The translations under genes were made by a program, and so were the position numbers. Below, piece by piece: positions 13,187 through 25,100 of a DNA stretch of 64,000 nucleotides (position 1 is the stretch's first letter; every line of letters begins with the position of its first letter). The notes beneath the pieces were generated by a model. That model was not told where the DNA came from, ran no database searches, and saw nothing but the letters and a program-made list of their open reading frames with translations. The DNA is from Camelus dromedarius (lineage: Eukaryota). The stretch is taken from positions 120,406,001 through 120,470,000 of the forward strand of contig NC_087437.1 in assembly GCF_036321535.1 (NCBI RefSeq). The letters run 5' to 3'.

Positions 13187-16100
13187 ACATGCATTTCCAC
13201 AAAAGCCCCTACTGGAGGTTAGGGCCCCTATCCCCGTGTCACGTGGTCCAGGAAAGGGAGAGTGAAGCCCTGAGTAGCTCGACACGAGGAAGAAGACAGA
13301 GTGTGGACACCACCACAGCACATACAGACACAACTGGGTAAATCACGGAAGAAAGGCAGAGTGGCTGCTAATCCAAGCCAGAGCAGGCTCAGGAACTGTA
13401 TGAGCCTCAGCACTGTGCAGGGCAGTTCTGCCCGTGAGACAGCGGTCAGAGTCTCCAAGTGCTATGATCTGACCCAGCTGTGCGCAATGACTCTGAAGAA
13501 CCCTGTGACCTGCACATAACGTAAGCAGAACTCTAATGGGCACCTTCCCAGGTTAAATGCAGGGAGGGGTCCCTGCCTTCTGAGTTGTTCCTGAGCTGAA
13601 GCCGCAGTGGCCATGGCACTGCCCCTGCTCTGCATAAGCCCCTGTGGCCTGGTGGGACATTCTGGCCGGGCAGGTGACGCAGGCAAGACAAGGAGATGCT
13701 CTGGCTGTGTCCCTCCAAGTTCAGCCAGGATCTCTGCCGGAACCATTTGACCTTGGCACGTGGATGTTTTTCTCTACAACTTCAGCACTTAAAATATTAT
13801 ATTTATGTCTAGAAATATAACCCAGCAAATATTTGATAAATGCTAATTCCCCAGTTTTCATCTTCTAAAGAGTTCCTTTTGATTCCTGAATAAAACAGCT
13901 TCCAAGACATTACATAACTAATGTGACCAGTAGAATGTGCTCACGGCTGGAAGGCTCACAAGTCATATGGGAAATTTCATTAGCTGAGCTTTAATGACCT
14001 TGTAAAGAACAGTAGTCCTAAGCACTGGACCTTCCATCAGTGAGTTAATGAGAAATACTTAACGACATCTTTTCTTCAAAAATAACGCAGAATTCATACA
14101 GAAAGGGTGATTATAAAAATTAATCTAATGTTAGACTATATTAAAACAAACCACCAAAAATGAAGCAAGCATTACATTTTAGCAACCTCCTCTGATGCCA
14201 GAAAAGAAGTCACCATTTAACTCTAGGAGAAAGTAACTCCTCACCCGAGAAAATGTCACGGCCGCAGCGCGTTTTGAAGTAGACGCACAGCGACTCTTGC
14301 TTGCGGTTATTTCCTTTCTATCTGAAATCGGAAACCTGAAAGCTAGGACCTGATTACCCCTGACAGCCTTGACACCAACACACCAGACCCTCGTCTCACT
14401 AACGAAGCCCCGCCCCGGCAGCGCTCCCCTCCCACGGCTCTCCCTTCCCAAGCCCTCCTCACACCCCCGGTCTTAACTCTGCTCCACAGAAAACCTTGCC
14501 GAACGTCACCGATGATTCTCTGCTGTCCCAGCCTTTCCTCCACTCCTGTCAAGCCATATTGATTGCCAAGTTGTATCTGATACTATTAGACTCCCTTCCT
14601 CTCAAATAACTATTTTCTCCTTTTCTAAAAATGTATAAAGCACTTCCATTTATTGTTCCACTAAATTCTCACAGCCACCCTTTGAGGCAGGAAGAAAGAA
14701 CATTTGTAGTTCTATTTTGTGGATGACAAGCCTGATTATCATGTAATTTAAGGGACTCACCCAGAGACAAACACTAGGAACCACCCGAGAGGGGCTGGGC
14801 CCATGCTCTGCCTGGCCAGCCTCTCCTGACTCCAGGCTCCTGGAGACCCCTCCTCGGGGCTCAGGCCTCCTCCCCCCCGCCCTGGGAGAGCCAGCCCAGC
14901 TGCACGGCCACCTCCACCCCCAAGTCATGCGCTTTGCTACTTCTCCAAGAATAACTCCCAGCCCATGCCTCTGGCTTATCATATGAACTCCATGTTTCTC
15001 AGCTCCAGTGATTTCTCAGACAGTTCCATTCGGATATATGTATTTTATTGTTACCTCAAACTGAGCACGTCTCACACACCAAACTCATCTTTCCATGTTA
15101 AACGAGCTCCCCTTTCTAAATTGTGGCTACGAGTTGTTACACCTCGATCAGACTACAGTAAATTTTCAATTGTTCCCAGCTTGCTGGATTTGACATATGT
15201 AAGTCAAATGTGCTCTGCCATCCTTCAAGATATGAAATAGTCATTTGACCACTCAATTCTATCAACAGCTGAAAATCAAACATTTAGACTGTTTCTTGTT
15301 TAGACTGTTGTGTGAGGTGTGACTAGTCCAAGAGAACAAGCTCCCAGTCCCCTGCAGGAAGGCTGACTTGTCCTGCTGGACCTTCTCAGGTCCAACAACT
15401 CTCAGGTCAATAGTGTTTGAGAGGGTTTTTTTGTTTTTGTTTTTAAAGACAAATTCCACATCTGTTGCACTAACAGCCTCAACACTAGGCTAATGCAAAA
15501 GTAGGAGAAATATTTAACCAATTCAGTAAAACATTTATGTTGAAAATCTCTGTAAATAAAGACCTTAAACATTTTGCTTTTTGACCACACAGTCAGCATC
15601 CTTGTTCGTGTAATCAGGATGAAGCTCACCAGAACCACGCCCCCTGCAGGACACGTTTGGGCCGACAGGAGCGCCGAAGGCATGCACTGAGCTCCACCAG
15701 CATCCAAACCTCAGCCTTCCCCTGTGCACGGCACCAAATACACACAACCCAATGCCAAGCATCCTCCGTGACATACCGAATTCCAAAGAAGGGATTTTCA
15801 TCTCCGTGTGAGAGGACGCACAGCGGCATACACTGACGTCTTTCATTCACTCACCGGAACCGTGTTTTGAGCACCTCCTGTGTCACCGGTGCCTGGGATC
15901 ATCCGTGAGCCAAACAAAGATGCCTGCCTCTTGGCGCTCTCACTCCAGCGTGGCACAGACAACGAGCACCAGAGGGATCACCCAGTACGTCAGAAGGCGG
16001 CTGGTGCCATGGAAAAGAGAAAGTGACATCGCCGATGTGAGGGAGGGGAGGGAGGCCCACTGCCCTAACTGAAAAGAAAAAGGTGCGTAAACTAAGGCTA

Positions 16101-19100
16101 GAAAAACAAGAATTGGTCTTCATAGACGATGCTAGAGTAACTCAAAATTTGAGAAAAAGCTAAATAACCAAGCTCTGGAAAGGGCATGGTGAAGCCAGCT
16201 TTCTGTTTCTCCTGCGTCAGCACCTGAGCTGGCCAGGCAGCCAGCCACGGGCAGCTCCCCGGCCCAGGTGGGGACACTAGTCCTCAGCAGTTCCAGCCAG
16301 AACACTCCTAGAGACACCGCTGGCCCGGCCCAGACCACGTGCCTGCCCGGAGACCACCGCTGTGACTGCCGCGGCCTGCGCTGCCCGAGGGGCAGGGCCT
16401 TCGAAGGCCTGCTGCAGGGAAGCTGGCAGGAACACGCCGAGCCAGCCAGAGCAGCAGCCCTGCAGAAACCAAGTCCAGGGCTGACCTTCCTCGCCCCAAG
16501 CCCATTGTGCCACTAAAGGCTGACATGGGGGCCCAACTGAGTCGAGGCTGGGGTCACCCTGAGGTACGTCCAGAACGGGCAGAGTGCTGAGGTGACGCTG
16601 GGTCAGAGGCAGGCAGCCACCACCTGCTTGCAGGCCGCGGCAGAGAGACCCGAGGCCCGGGTGCAGGGCTAGGGGCTCAGAAGCACCTCGGAGCCCCAGT
16701 CGCGCAGTTCCGTGAAGAGCACGGGGAAGGCCAGCCGCCTGCTGCGCGGCCCGAGGGGGACCCGGCGCCGGCCCCTCCCGGGAGAGCCGCCCCTAAGGAG
16801 ATGGGGCCACAGCGGATGTCCTGCGAGAGGCAGGATCCTGCCAACGGGAGCTTCAGGACAGCTAGGATCTGGTTCCTGCCGAAGAGAGACGACGGGCTAG
16901 TTGGAGATGACTGGCAGTTATGAAACGAGGTAACAAGAAAATGTTAAATTAGTTTGCCTCTAAGTAAAACAGGAAAGCAAAGGAGAGAGAACTGGATGTG
17001 GGCTGGAGCTGCAGAAGCAGCTCCCAAGAGGCATGACCAAGCGGCGTGACCTGAGCTGAGCTGGCAAAGGCGGCAGAACGGCGCGGCCGGCAGAGCGCGG
17101 GGCGCCCGGGGCCACCGGCCCGGTCCCTGCACACAGCTCTGCTAAGTGGGCTCGGGCGGCGTGTCTCTCTGCGACTGGCGCACTTCACTCAGCGTAACAT
17201 CCTCAAGGCTAAACCGTGCTGCGGCCTATGTCACAGTGTCCTTCCCTCCTGAGGCTGGAACATCCCACTGCACGTCTAGACCACATCTTCCTTAGCCACT
17301 CGTCTACTGATGGATGTTGAGGCCGCTTCCTTATCTCGGCTGTTGTGACTAATGCTGCCGTAAACGTGGGTGTGCAAACATCTCTTCAAGATCCCTTTCT
17401 CGGTCCTTTCTGGATACGCACCGAGGTGGGGTGAGAGCTCTCGTTCCCACCACAAGACTCTTCAACGGCAGTCTCATCGGAGAGCGTCTCTGGAACCCCG
17501 GCCCGGCCTGAACTGCACTCAGCACCCAGCAGGGCAGCCTCTGCCAGCATCTCGGGGTCGCAGCGATGTGCGGGGCTCACCGTCTCTCAGCTTTAAGAGC
17601 TTCTCTTCTTTTCTTTCTTTCTTTCTCTCTCTCTCTCTCTTTCTTTGGTATATGTACATTTTTATTGAAGTACAGTCAGTTTACAATGTTGTGTCAATTT
17701 CTGGTGCACAGCATAATGCTTCAGTCATACATGAACACACATATATTCGTTTTCATATTCTTTTTTACCATAAGTTACTACAAAGTATTGAATACAGTCC
17801 CTGTGCTATACAGTATGAACTTGCTGTTTATCTATTTTATATATAGTAGTTAGTATCTGCAAATCTCGAACTCCCAATTTATCCCTTCCCACCCCCTTCA
17901 CCCCCAGTAACCATAAACTTGTTTTCTATGTCTGTGACTGTTTGTTTTGTAAATAAGTTCATTTGTCTCTTTTTTTAAAGATTCCACATAAAAGCGATAT
18001 CATATGGTATTTTTCTTTCTATTTCTGGTTTACTTCACTTAGAATGACAATCTCCAGTTCCACCCATGTTGCTGCAAATGGCATTATTTTATGAAGAGAT
18101 TCCTCTCTTGTAAAGAATGCCTGTGAGCAATAAAACCTGTCTTTGTTTATCCAGGAATGCATTTTGCCTTCATTTTGAAGAGCAGTTTAGCTGGACACAG
18201 AACGCCTGGCAGGCGGTCTTTTCTTCCAGAACCTGCAGACACCACGCCTCTGTTTTAGCGCCACTCTTTCTGGAGAGCAGCGAGCTCTTCGTCTCACTGT
18301 GGTTCCCCTGTACGTGTGTTGCTGATGCTGAGACGTTCTCTTGGTCTTAAGTTTTAACACTGTGACTATGATGTGTCTACATGTGTCTACGTAAAGGTCT
18401 CCTTGTGCTAACCCTACTTGCAGTTCACGTGACTTCTTGGATGTATGGGCTGTTTTCCATCAAAGTCAGACTGCTTTCAGATGTTACTTTCTCAAATGTT
18501 TTTTCTGCCCTTTCTCTCAAGCATCTCCCTCAGGGACTCTCACTCCACTCATGTCCATGTGCTTGATGACATCCCAGGGTCTCCCAGCGTCATTTTTCTT
18601 TGCTCTTTTTTGTTTCTGTTCTTCAGACCGGATCATCACTATTTATCTGGCCTTAAGTTTGATGATTCCTCCTATCAGCTCAAATCTGCCATTGAACCTG
18701 CCCAGAAAAGTCTGTTAATCTCTACTTTGTTTTCTTTGTTGTACTTGGAGTTGTTTCAGCTTCTCAAGTTCTTGTGTAGATGTGTAGCTCATTTTCTGCT
18801 TTCTTCTTTAAATAGACTTTCTACTAAATGCTGATTTAGACGCACCATTTTTGATATGTAATATTTTATCATATAGTTTAAAATATCAGATTTCTATTAT
18901 GATTTCTTCTTTTATTCCTGGGTTATTTGATTTCTATATGTGGGATTTGCTAATTCTCTTTTTGTTACTAATTTCCAGCTCCACTGTATTGTAGTCAAAG
19001 ATATTCCATATGATTCTGATCATCTAACATTTGAGACTTGCTTTGAAACCCGGAAAACAGGCACTTTTGTAAATTCTCCCAAGCATCTAGTGAGGCAAAC

Positions 19101-22100
19101 CATTCATATCCTTATCGATTCTTTAGTCTTTTTTAGCTATCAAGTATTGACTGAAGTGTGTTAAAATGTCCCTGATTGTGGGGGATTTGTGAATTCTTTC
19201 TTATGCTCTTTTCAGTTGTTCTGAGACTTTAAGGAAGTGCATATATACGTTCAGAATTATTACACCCTGGTGACACAGGATCTGGTGATGAGACTCTACC
19301 TAGTCTGTTTCCCTTTTATTCTCAACCTTTATGTATAATCCAGTTTTAAATGAATCTCTTATAAACAACATAATCGGATGATTGTTTTAAATCCAGTCTG
19401 ACATAACTATCTTTCAATTAGGTCACTTGGTCTATTTACAGTTGTAATTAACTGTACATATATTTCAACTTATGCATATCTTTTCATTTTTTTCTTTTTT
19501 CTTTCTTGTCATCTTTTGAATTATTTCTCACGTTCCATTTCACCCTATATTAGCATTGCAGGTGTACGTTCTATTTCTGTTTTCTCCATGTTACTTGCAC
19601 ACTAACTATCAAAGTCTGAAATTAATCATCATTCTGCCCTCTGGAAGGAGGCCGGGTCCGGTACAGCTGCGGCTCCGCCCACCTGTCCCCAGCGCACGCA
19701 CTGTTGCTCCGCTCCTGGTACTCTGCCCTTGTGGCCCCCGGTGGTCTGCTTTCCACAGTCAGTGTCGGAGTAACCCATGCTTCTGCTTCCCTCTCTGACC
19801 ACCATTCTTACTCGCGTCTCCCTTCCGTCTGAGATTAAACTCCTCCTGCAGCACATCCTTTGGAATCTCCTGCTGAGGGGGGGTCTCTGGGTGACAGACT
19901 CTCAGTTTTTGTTCGTCTGAAACGTCTTCATGTCGCCCGTGTTCTGAAGGACACTCGTTGGGGGAAGGGCTCACAGGTGTCTTCTCTCGGGATCGAGAAA
20001 CCACGTTGTCGCTGTCCAGGGGCCAACTCTCAGGTACGCTGCTTTCCGCCTGCCTGCCTCTAGGACCTTCTCTCACACTCTGCAGATTTCACCACAATGT
20101 GTCTTAGTGTAGATATGTCTTCATTTGTGCTGCTTACAATTAGGCAGACTTCTCATATTAAGTGCAAACAAGTTTGGGAAACTTCTCAGGCGTTACTTCT
20201 CCCAATGTCACTCTGCTCCACTCTCTCTCCTTCCAGAACTCTGACTGGTCATATGCTCAATTCCCAGGCTCCCCGCTGCGTCTCGGGCCTGTGTGCCTGC
20301 TCCTGCTTTCCATCTGTCTCCGTGCTTCATTCTGGATGATTTCTTCAGATCTGTCTACATCAATCTAATTATCTCTTTAACTGTGTATAATACGCTGTTA
20401 AAGCTTTCAAGTAAATTTATAATTGCGATCATTATATTGTTCATTTCCAGAAATGTTATTTGATCTTTTTTCTGATCTGCCCAGTCACTTCTATAATTCT
20501 TACCCTTTACTGACATATTAATCCCTTTTTTTTATTTGTTTAAATATATTAAACATACTTATTTTCTATTAACCTGATCATTCTTATATCTGAAATCTTC
20601 TACAAATCTATGTTACTTATTATTTCACTAATGATACTTTCTGTGCTTTTTGTGATTTTTAATATGTGAGCTCTGATTCTTGGAATTTTACCTGTAAGAA
20701 TTCTTTAAGGACTTGGTGGAAGTCAAAGAATCCTCCAGAAAGGACGTGCATTGTTCTGTAAGTGGGGACCACCCGGATGGTTTGAACTGAGGCTTCAAAG
20801 CTGCGTGACAACCCGTCTACGGTGATTAATTCTCAGAGGACATTTTTCCTCCACTGTAGCCTAGGTTCCTCTCAGAAGAGACGTCCGCCCATTGTGCGCA
20901 GTCCCTGAGGTCAAAGCAGGCAGTCCCCCCGTAGTCTCCCAGGGTGGGAGCGGGTCCTCAGTTTGCTCTTGCAATGCTGGTGAACACCTCTGGGAGTTCC
21001 ACAGCAGGCTACTCACTTAGGGTGGGCCCTGGGCTTTGTTTCCTGTTCCCACACCCTGTGAGGACATGGAAACTAAAGGTCATTCTGACAAACGCCCCCA
21101 AAGCAGGCGTTAGCTCAGGTCTCTGTTAACCTCTCTGGCATCTCACTTTGATTTGGCTTTTGTGCCCTGAGTATAATGCCTATTTTTCTAGCTCAGAGGA
21201 GCATTTTTAAAGCGCTTTTTACATCTCACTGACATTTTGACCATTTTCGGTAAGGAGAGTTGGTCGGGGACTTATTCCACCACAACCTTGCCTCCCAATT
21301 CTTGGCCTGCAAGGATGGCCTATCAGAAGGTCTGCAGGAGGCAACCAAAGTTCATTAAACAGGTGATGGGACACAAGTCCAGGTCATAAAGTCATGGTCA
21401 AACTGTGGCTACACCCGGGAAGTAGAGCCATTCTGAAAGCAGATGATGGAGGTATTTGAGAGTTTCCTAACACACTGCATGTGGGTGTCAGAGGAAAGGA
21501 GACAAGAGACACTCCAAGGTCTTGACAAGCCTGAGGAACTGGAAACAACGAAGACTGGAAAGGCCGGGACAGAGCTTAGCGGGGAGGGGAGGAGCTCAGC
21601 CTAAACACGCTGAGTCTGAGTGCGTGAGGTTCCATGTGGAAACGTCAGGCAGACACCTGGTCCGGAGTTTGGGAGAGAGGTTTGGGCTAAAGATACAAGT
21701 TGGGTAGAACTTCAATGTTTGATATTACTTAAACAAACCAAATAAATGTGAGATGGGAGGCAAATGCCTACATCCCTATTCAACATTGTAAATACAGGTA
21801 GGAAGTGCAGCACTAAAAAGTTAGAAATGTGAGCAAAGCACGAGTTTGAACGAACAGTTACATAACACACGGTCATCCTCCCACAACGCTCTGTCCTCAT
21901 CAGCCATTTGCTACAGTTCCTGCCAGTTCTGCAGCTGCAGAGGAATGTAAAGAATCTGGAGAAAGCCTGGGAACAAGCCAGCTGTGCAGCTGAATAAAGG
22001 GTAGGAAAATGAAACCCGGCAGAGGTTAAAGGAAATGAGATGACTTAGTCAGGGGTGATTAACAGCAACTGGTCCTGTGTTCTGGATCAAAGAAGTCCGA

Positions 22101-25100
22101 ATACTTGAAAGCAACTTGCCACCTTCGGGTCAAACGAATTAAAAGGAAATGAGCTTTCATTGTGGCAAAAAGATTTAGGTTATAAATTAAAAGGGACACT
22201 AACACCTATTTAACACCTACTACGTTAGGTGTTGGTCTGGGCATTATTGCATTTTAATACACATTAAGACCCTTGGGGAAAAAAAAAAAAGACCCTTGAG
22301 GTAGAAATCCCCATTCTGCAGGTCAGAAAAGAGGGATCCTAAAAGGTAAGTTCCCAAGTAGAAAAGCTGTCATTTCAATGAGTCTAATGAGTTCAAAGTC
22401 CATGTTCTTTAAAATACATCAAATTTCCTAGTGGGACAATTGATAAACGTAGGAACCAATTATTAAAAGAAATAATGAAATCTTTTGTTTCCTAATCTTT
22501 TAAAAATTACCAGAGATTCTCATTTTCTAGTATATTTCATACAGCAGATCCACCTAAAAGCACATGGGTAGAACAAGCCAGCTCTAACACGCTCTTTTAG
22601 GCCAAAGCAGTTGCAGCGTCTAGGATTCTGCAGCCGCACCACCACCAGGCACCAGGAAGCATGTATTGGTTCTCAGGGAACTCTCTGGGTTTTATTTTCC
22701 TCTTCTGTAATAAGTTATAGACTCATCTGCCTAAAATACACACCAAATTCTAAGACAAATTTCCATTTCTAAGGTAAACTAATTCCACACATAACTCAGG
22801 GGTCACACATCCTGGGCCTTACAGTCCTTGTTTTTATTTGACTACGACAACAAATAACTCTAAAGACAGCAAGTAAGATGAACTTTCAAAAGATTTATTC
22901 ATTATAGATCAACTACAGTTCAAAAGAAAACTTCAAAAAACAAAAAAACCAAGAAAAGGAAGAAAACAAAGATTTACTGGGCTTTGGACTGTGCTCGCCG
23001 TGTCAGAGGAACCAGTAACTGTCTTCACGAGCAAGAGAGCCTGACGCCACTGCACACACACACACACACACACCCCCCTCTGTACAGGACCGAAAGGCTA
23101 AGCAGGAACGGCCCACCCTGCTGGAAGGGCACCTTCTCGGTGAGGGCTGGGAACTGACTCTCGGGCTGCTCGCAACCCAGAGAGCCACATAAAATACAAC
23201 AAAACTCACAAGGCCTATCACTCGGCCCTGGACAAGGTCTGGAGTTCCAGGGCCAGAAAAGGCCCCAGAGCACACGCAGCCTCAGGCCGTCTCTTTCTGA
23301 GAAAGTGAACAGCTGGCAGAAGGCGCTGAACACTCACTGGCTGCGAGTGAGCCTAGCGACAGGGGCACGCTTTCAGGAACCTAGCCCAGGGCCACGCCCA
23401 GGAAGGGCAGAAGTCCCCAGAACCGAGGCTCCCCCCCTGCAGGGCAGCGGGGGGAGGGGGGGCGGCTGGGGGCCGGGAATTGGAGCCCGATGGCCAGGAC
23501 GTCCACCCCAGAGCTGCAGGACCTAGAGGAGCTCACTCCACCTCTGTGTGCTTCAGTTTCCTCATGTATAAAACATAAATCATGATGTTCACCTTGTGAG
23601 AGATGTAAAGAAACAAATCTGTGACTATGTGCAAAGCACTTATGACAGAAGCTGCGCTCAGAGCATCAGGTCTCTCTCACTGAATCGCTCTGTCCCTCTT
23701 ACTGTCCCCATCCCCCTCCAATGGGCATTGCCTGCTGGCACGTGACCCATGACAACCAGTCGGCACAGGTACCTCAATCCAAGGCCCACTTCTGATTCCA
23801 TGGGTCCCTTGGTTCACATTCTCAAGAGAAAAAGGCTGTGGTCAAGTGTCCAACCCTGTGGGTAGGAGTCATCCTGCACCCCAAACCCCACCCCCAGCCT
23901 GCCCTCACAACTTCAGAAGGTCTGGAGTTCGCCCTAGAGCACGCCACAGTCTCACGGATCTGGCAGAAGAGACGCGACTCCTGTGTCCGAGCACAGGCTG
24001 TGCCCCTCACGGCGACAGCCATTCCAGAGGGTCAGGCTCGTGCCAGTGCAATGAGACCCAAGCGCACAGGACCAGGCACGCACCGCGGGCTGTGTTACAG
24101 AAGGGAGCCCCAGCCCCTCACAGTGCGAGCGGTGCCGCCAGACCTTCTCCCTAGGGGGAGCGCTGTCCTTGCTGCGTGAGAGCAAGCAGACCCGCCCTCT
24201 GTTGTGGACACAGACGACATCTCTGACTTCTATGGGTGTTCACTACACAAGCAGCCTTGAAAAGACAGCCAGAGACAAAGGAGGCCAGCCCCTCTGCTCC
24301 CTCAACAATACCTAAATAAGTGGACACACACACGCTTTTCATTGATCAGAAGATGTGATATTGCTAAAATGTCAATTCTCCCCAAAATGAACTGTCAATT
24401 AAACACAATCCTAATAAAAATCCCAACAAAATATGGGGGGGGGGTAAGAAAGAATCCTCAAATTTATATGGAAATGCAAAGGACTTAAAAACAGTCAAAA
24501 TAACTTTGGAAAAAAAAAAAACAAAGTTGGAGGATTTCCACTATGTGACTTTAAGATTTATTATAAAGTGCGTTGTTGGCATAAATATACAAAAATGGAT
24601 CCACGGAACAGAAGTGAGTCCACAACTACACCTTCTCATATGTCATGTGATTTTCAACAAAGGTGCAAAGGCAACTCGGGGGAGAAAGGAGAGTCTTCAG
24701 GACAGATGCTGGTAGATCAACTAGGCGGCCGGATGCAAAAAAACCCAGCTTTGAGTTGTACCTCTCATTATACATAAATATTAACTCAAAAGCACCACAG
24801 ATCTAGATGTAACATGCAAAACTATAAAACTAACAGAAGATTCTGCTATACAGCACAGGGAGCTATGCTCAGTATCTTGTAATAATCTCTAATGAAAAAA
24901 ATATGAAAACGAAATACATATGTATCTGCATGACTGTGACATTGTGCTGAACACCAGAAACTGACACACTGTAACTAACAGTACTTGAAAAAAAAAATAA
25001 TAGAAGAAAACACATTTTAAAAATCTGTGTGACCCTGAGTTTGGCAAAAATTTCTATACCAAAAGCATGTTTCATAGAAGAAAAAGAACAATTAAATAAA

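Noticed and set aside
12754..13341. His/Thr- and Cys/Val-rich ORFs
   Set aside because: They are translations of the (TG)n microsatellite.
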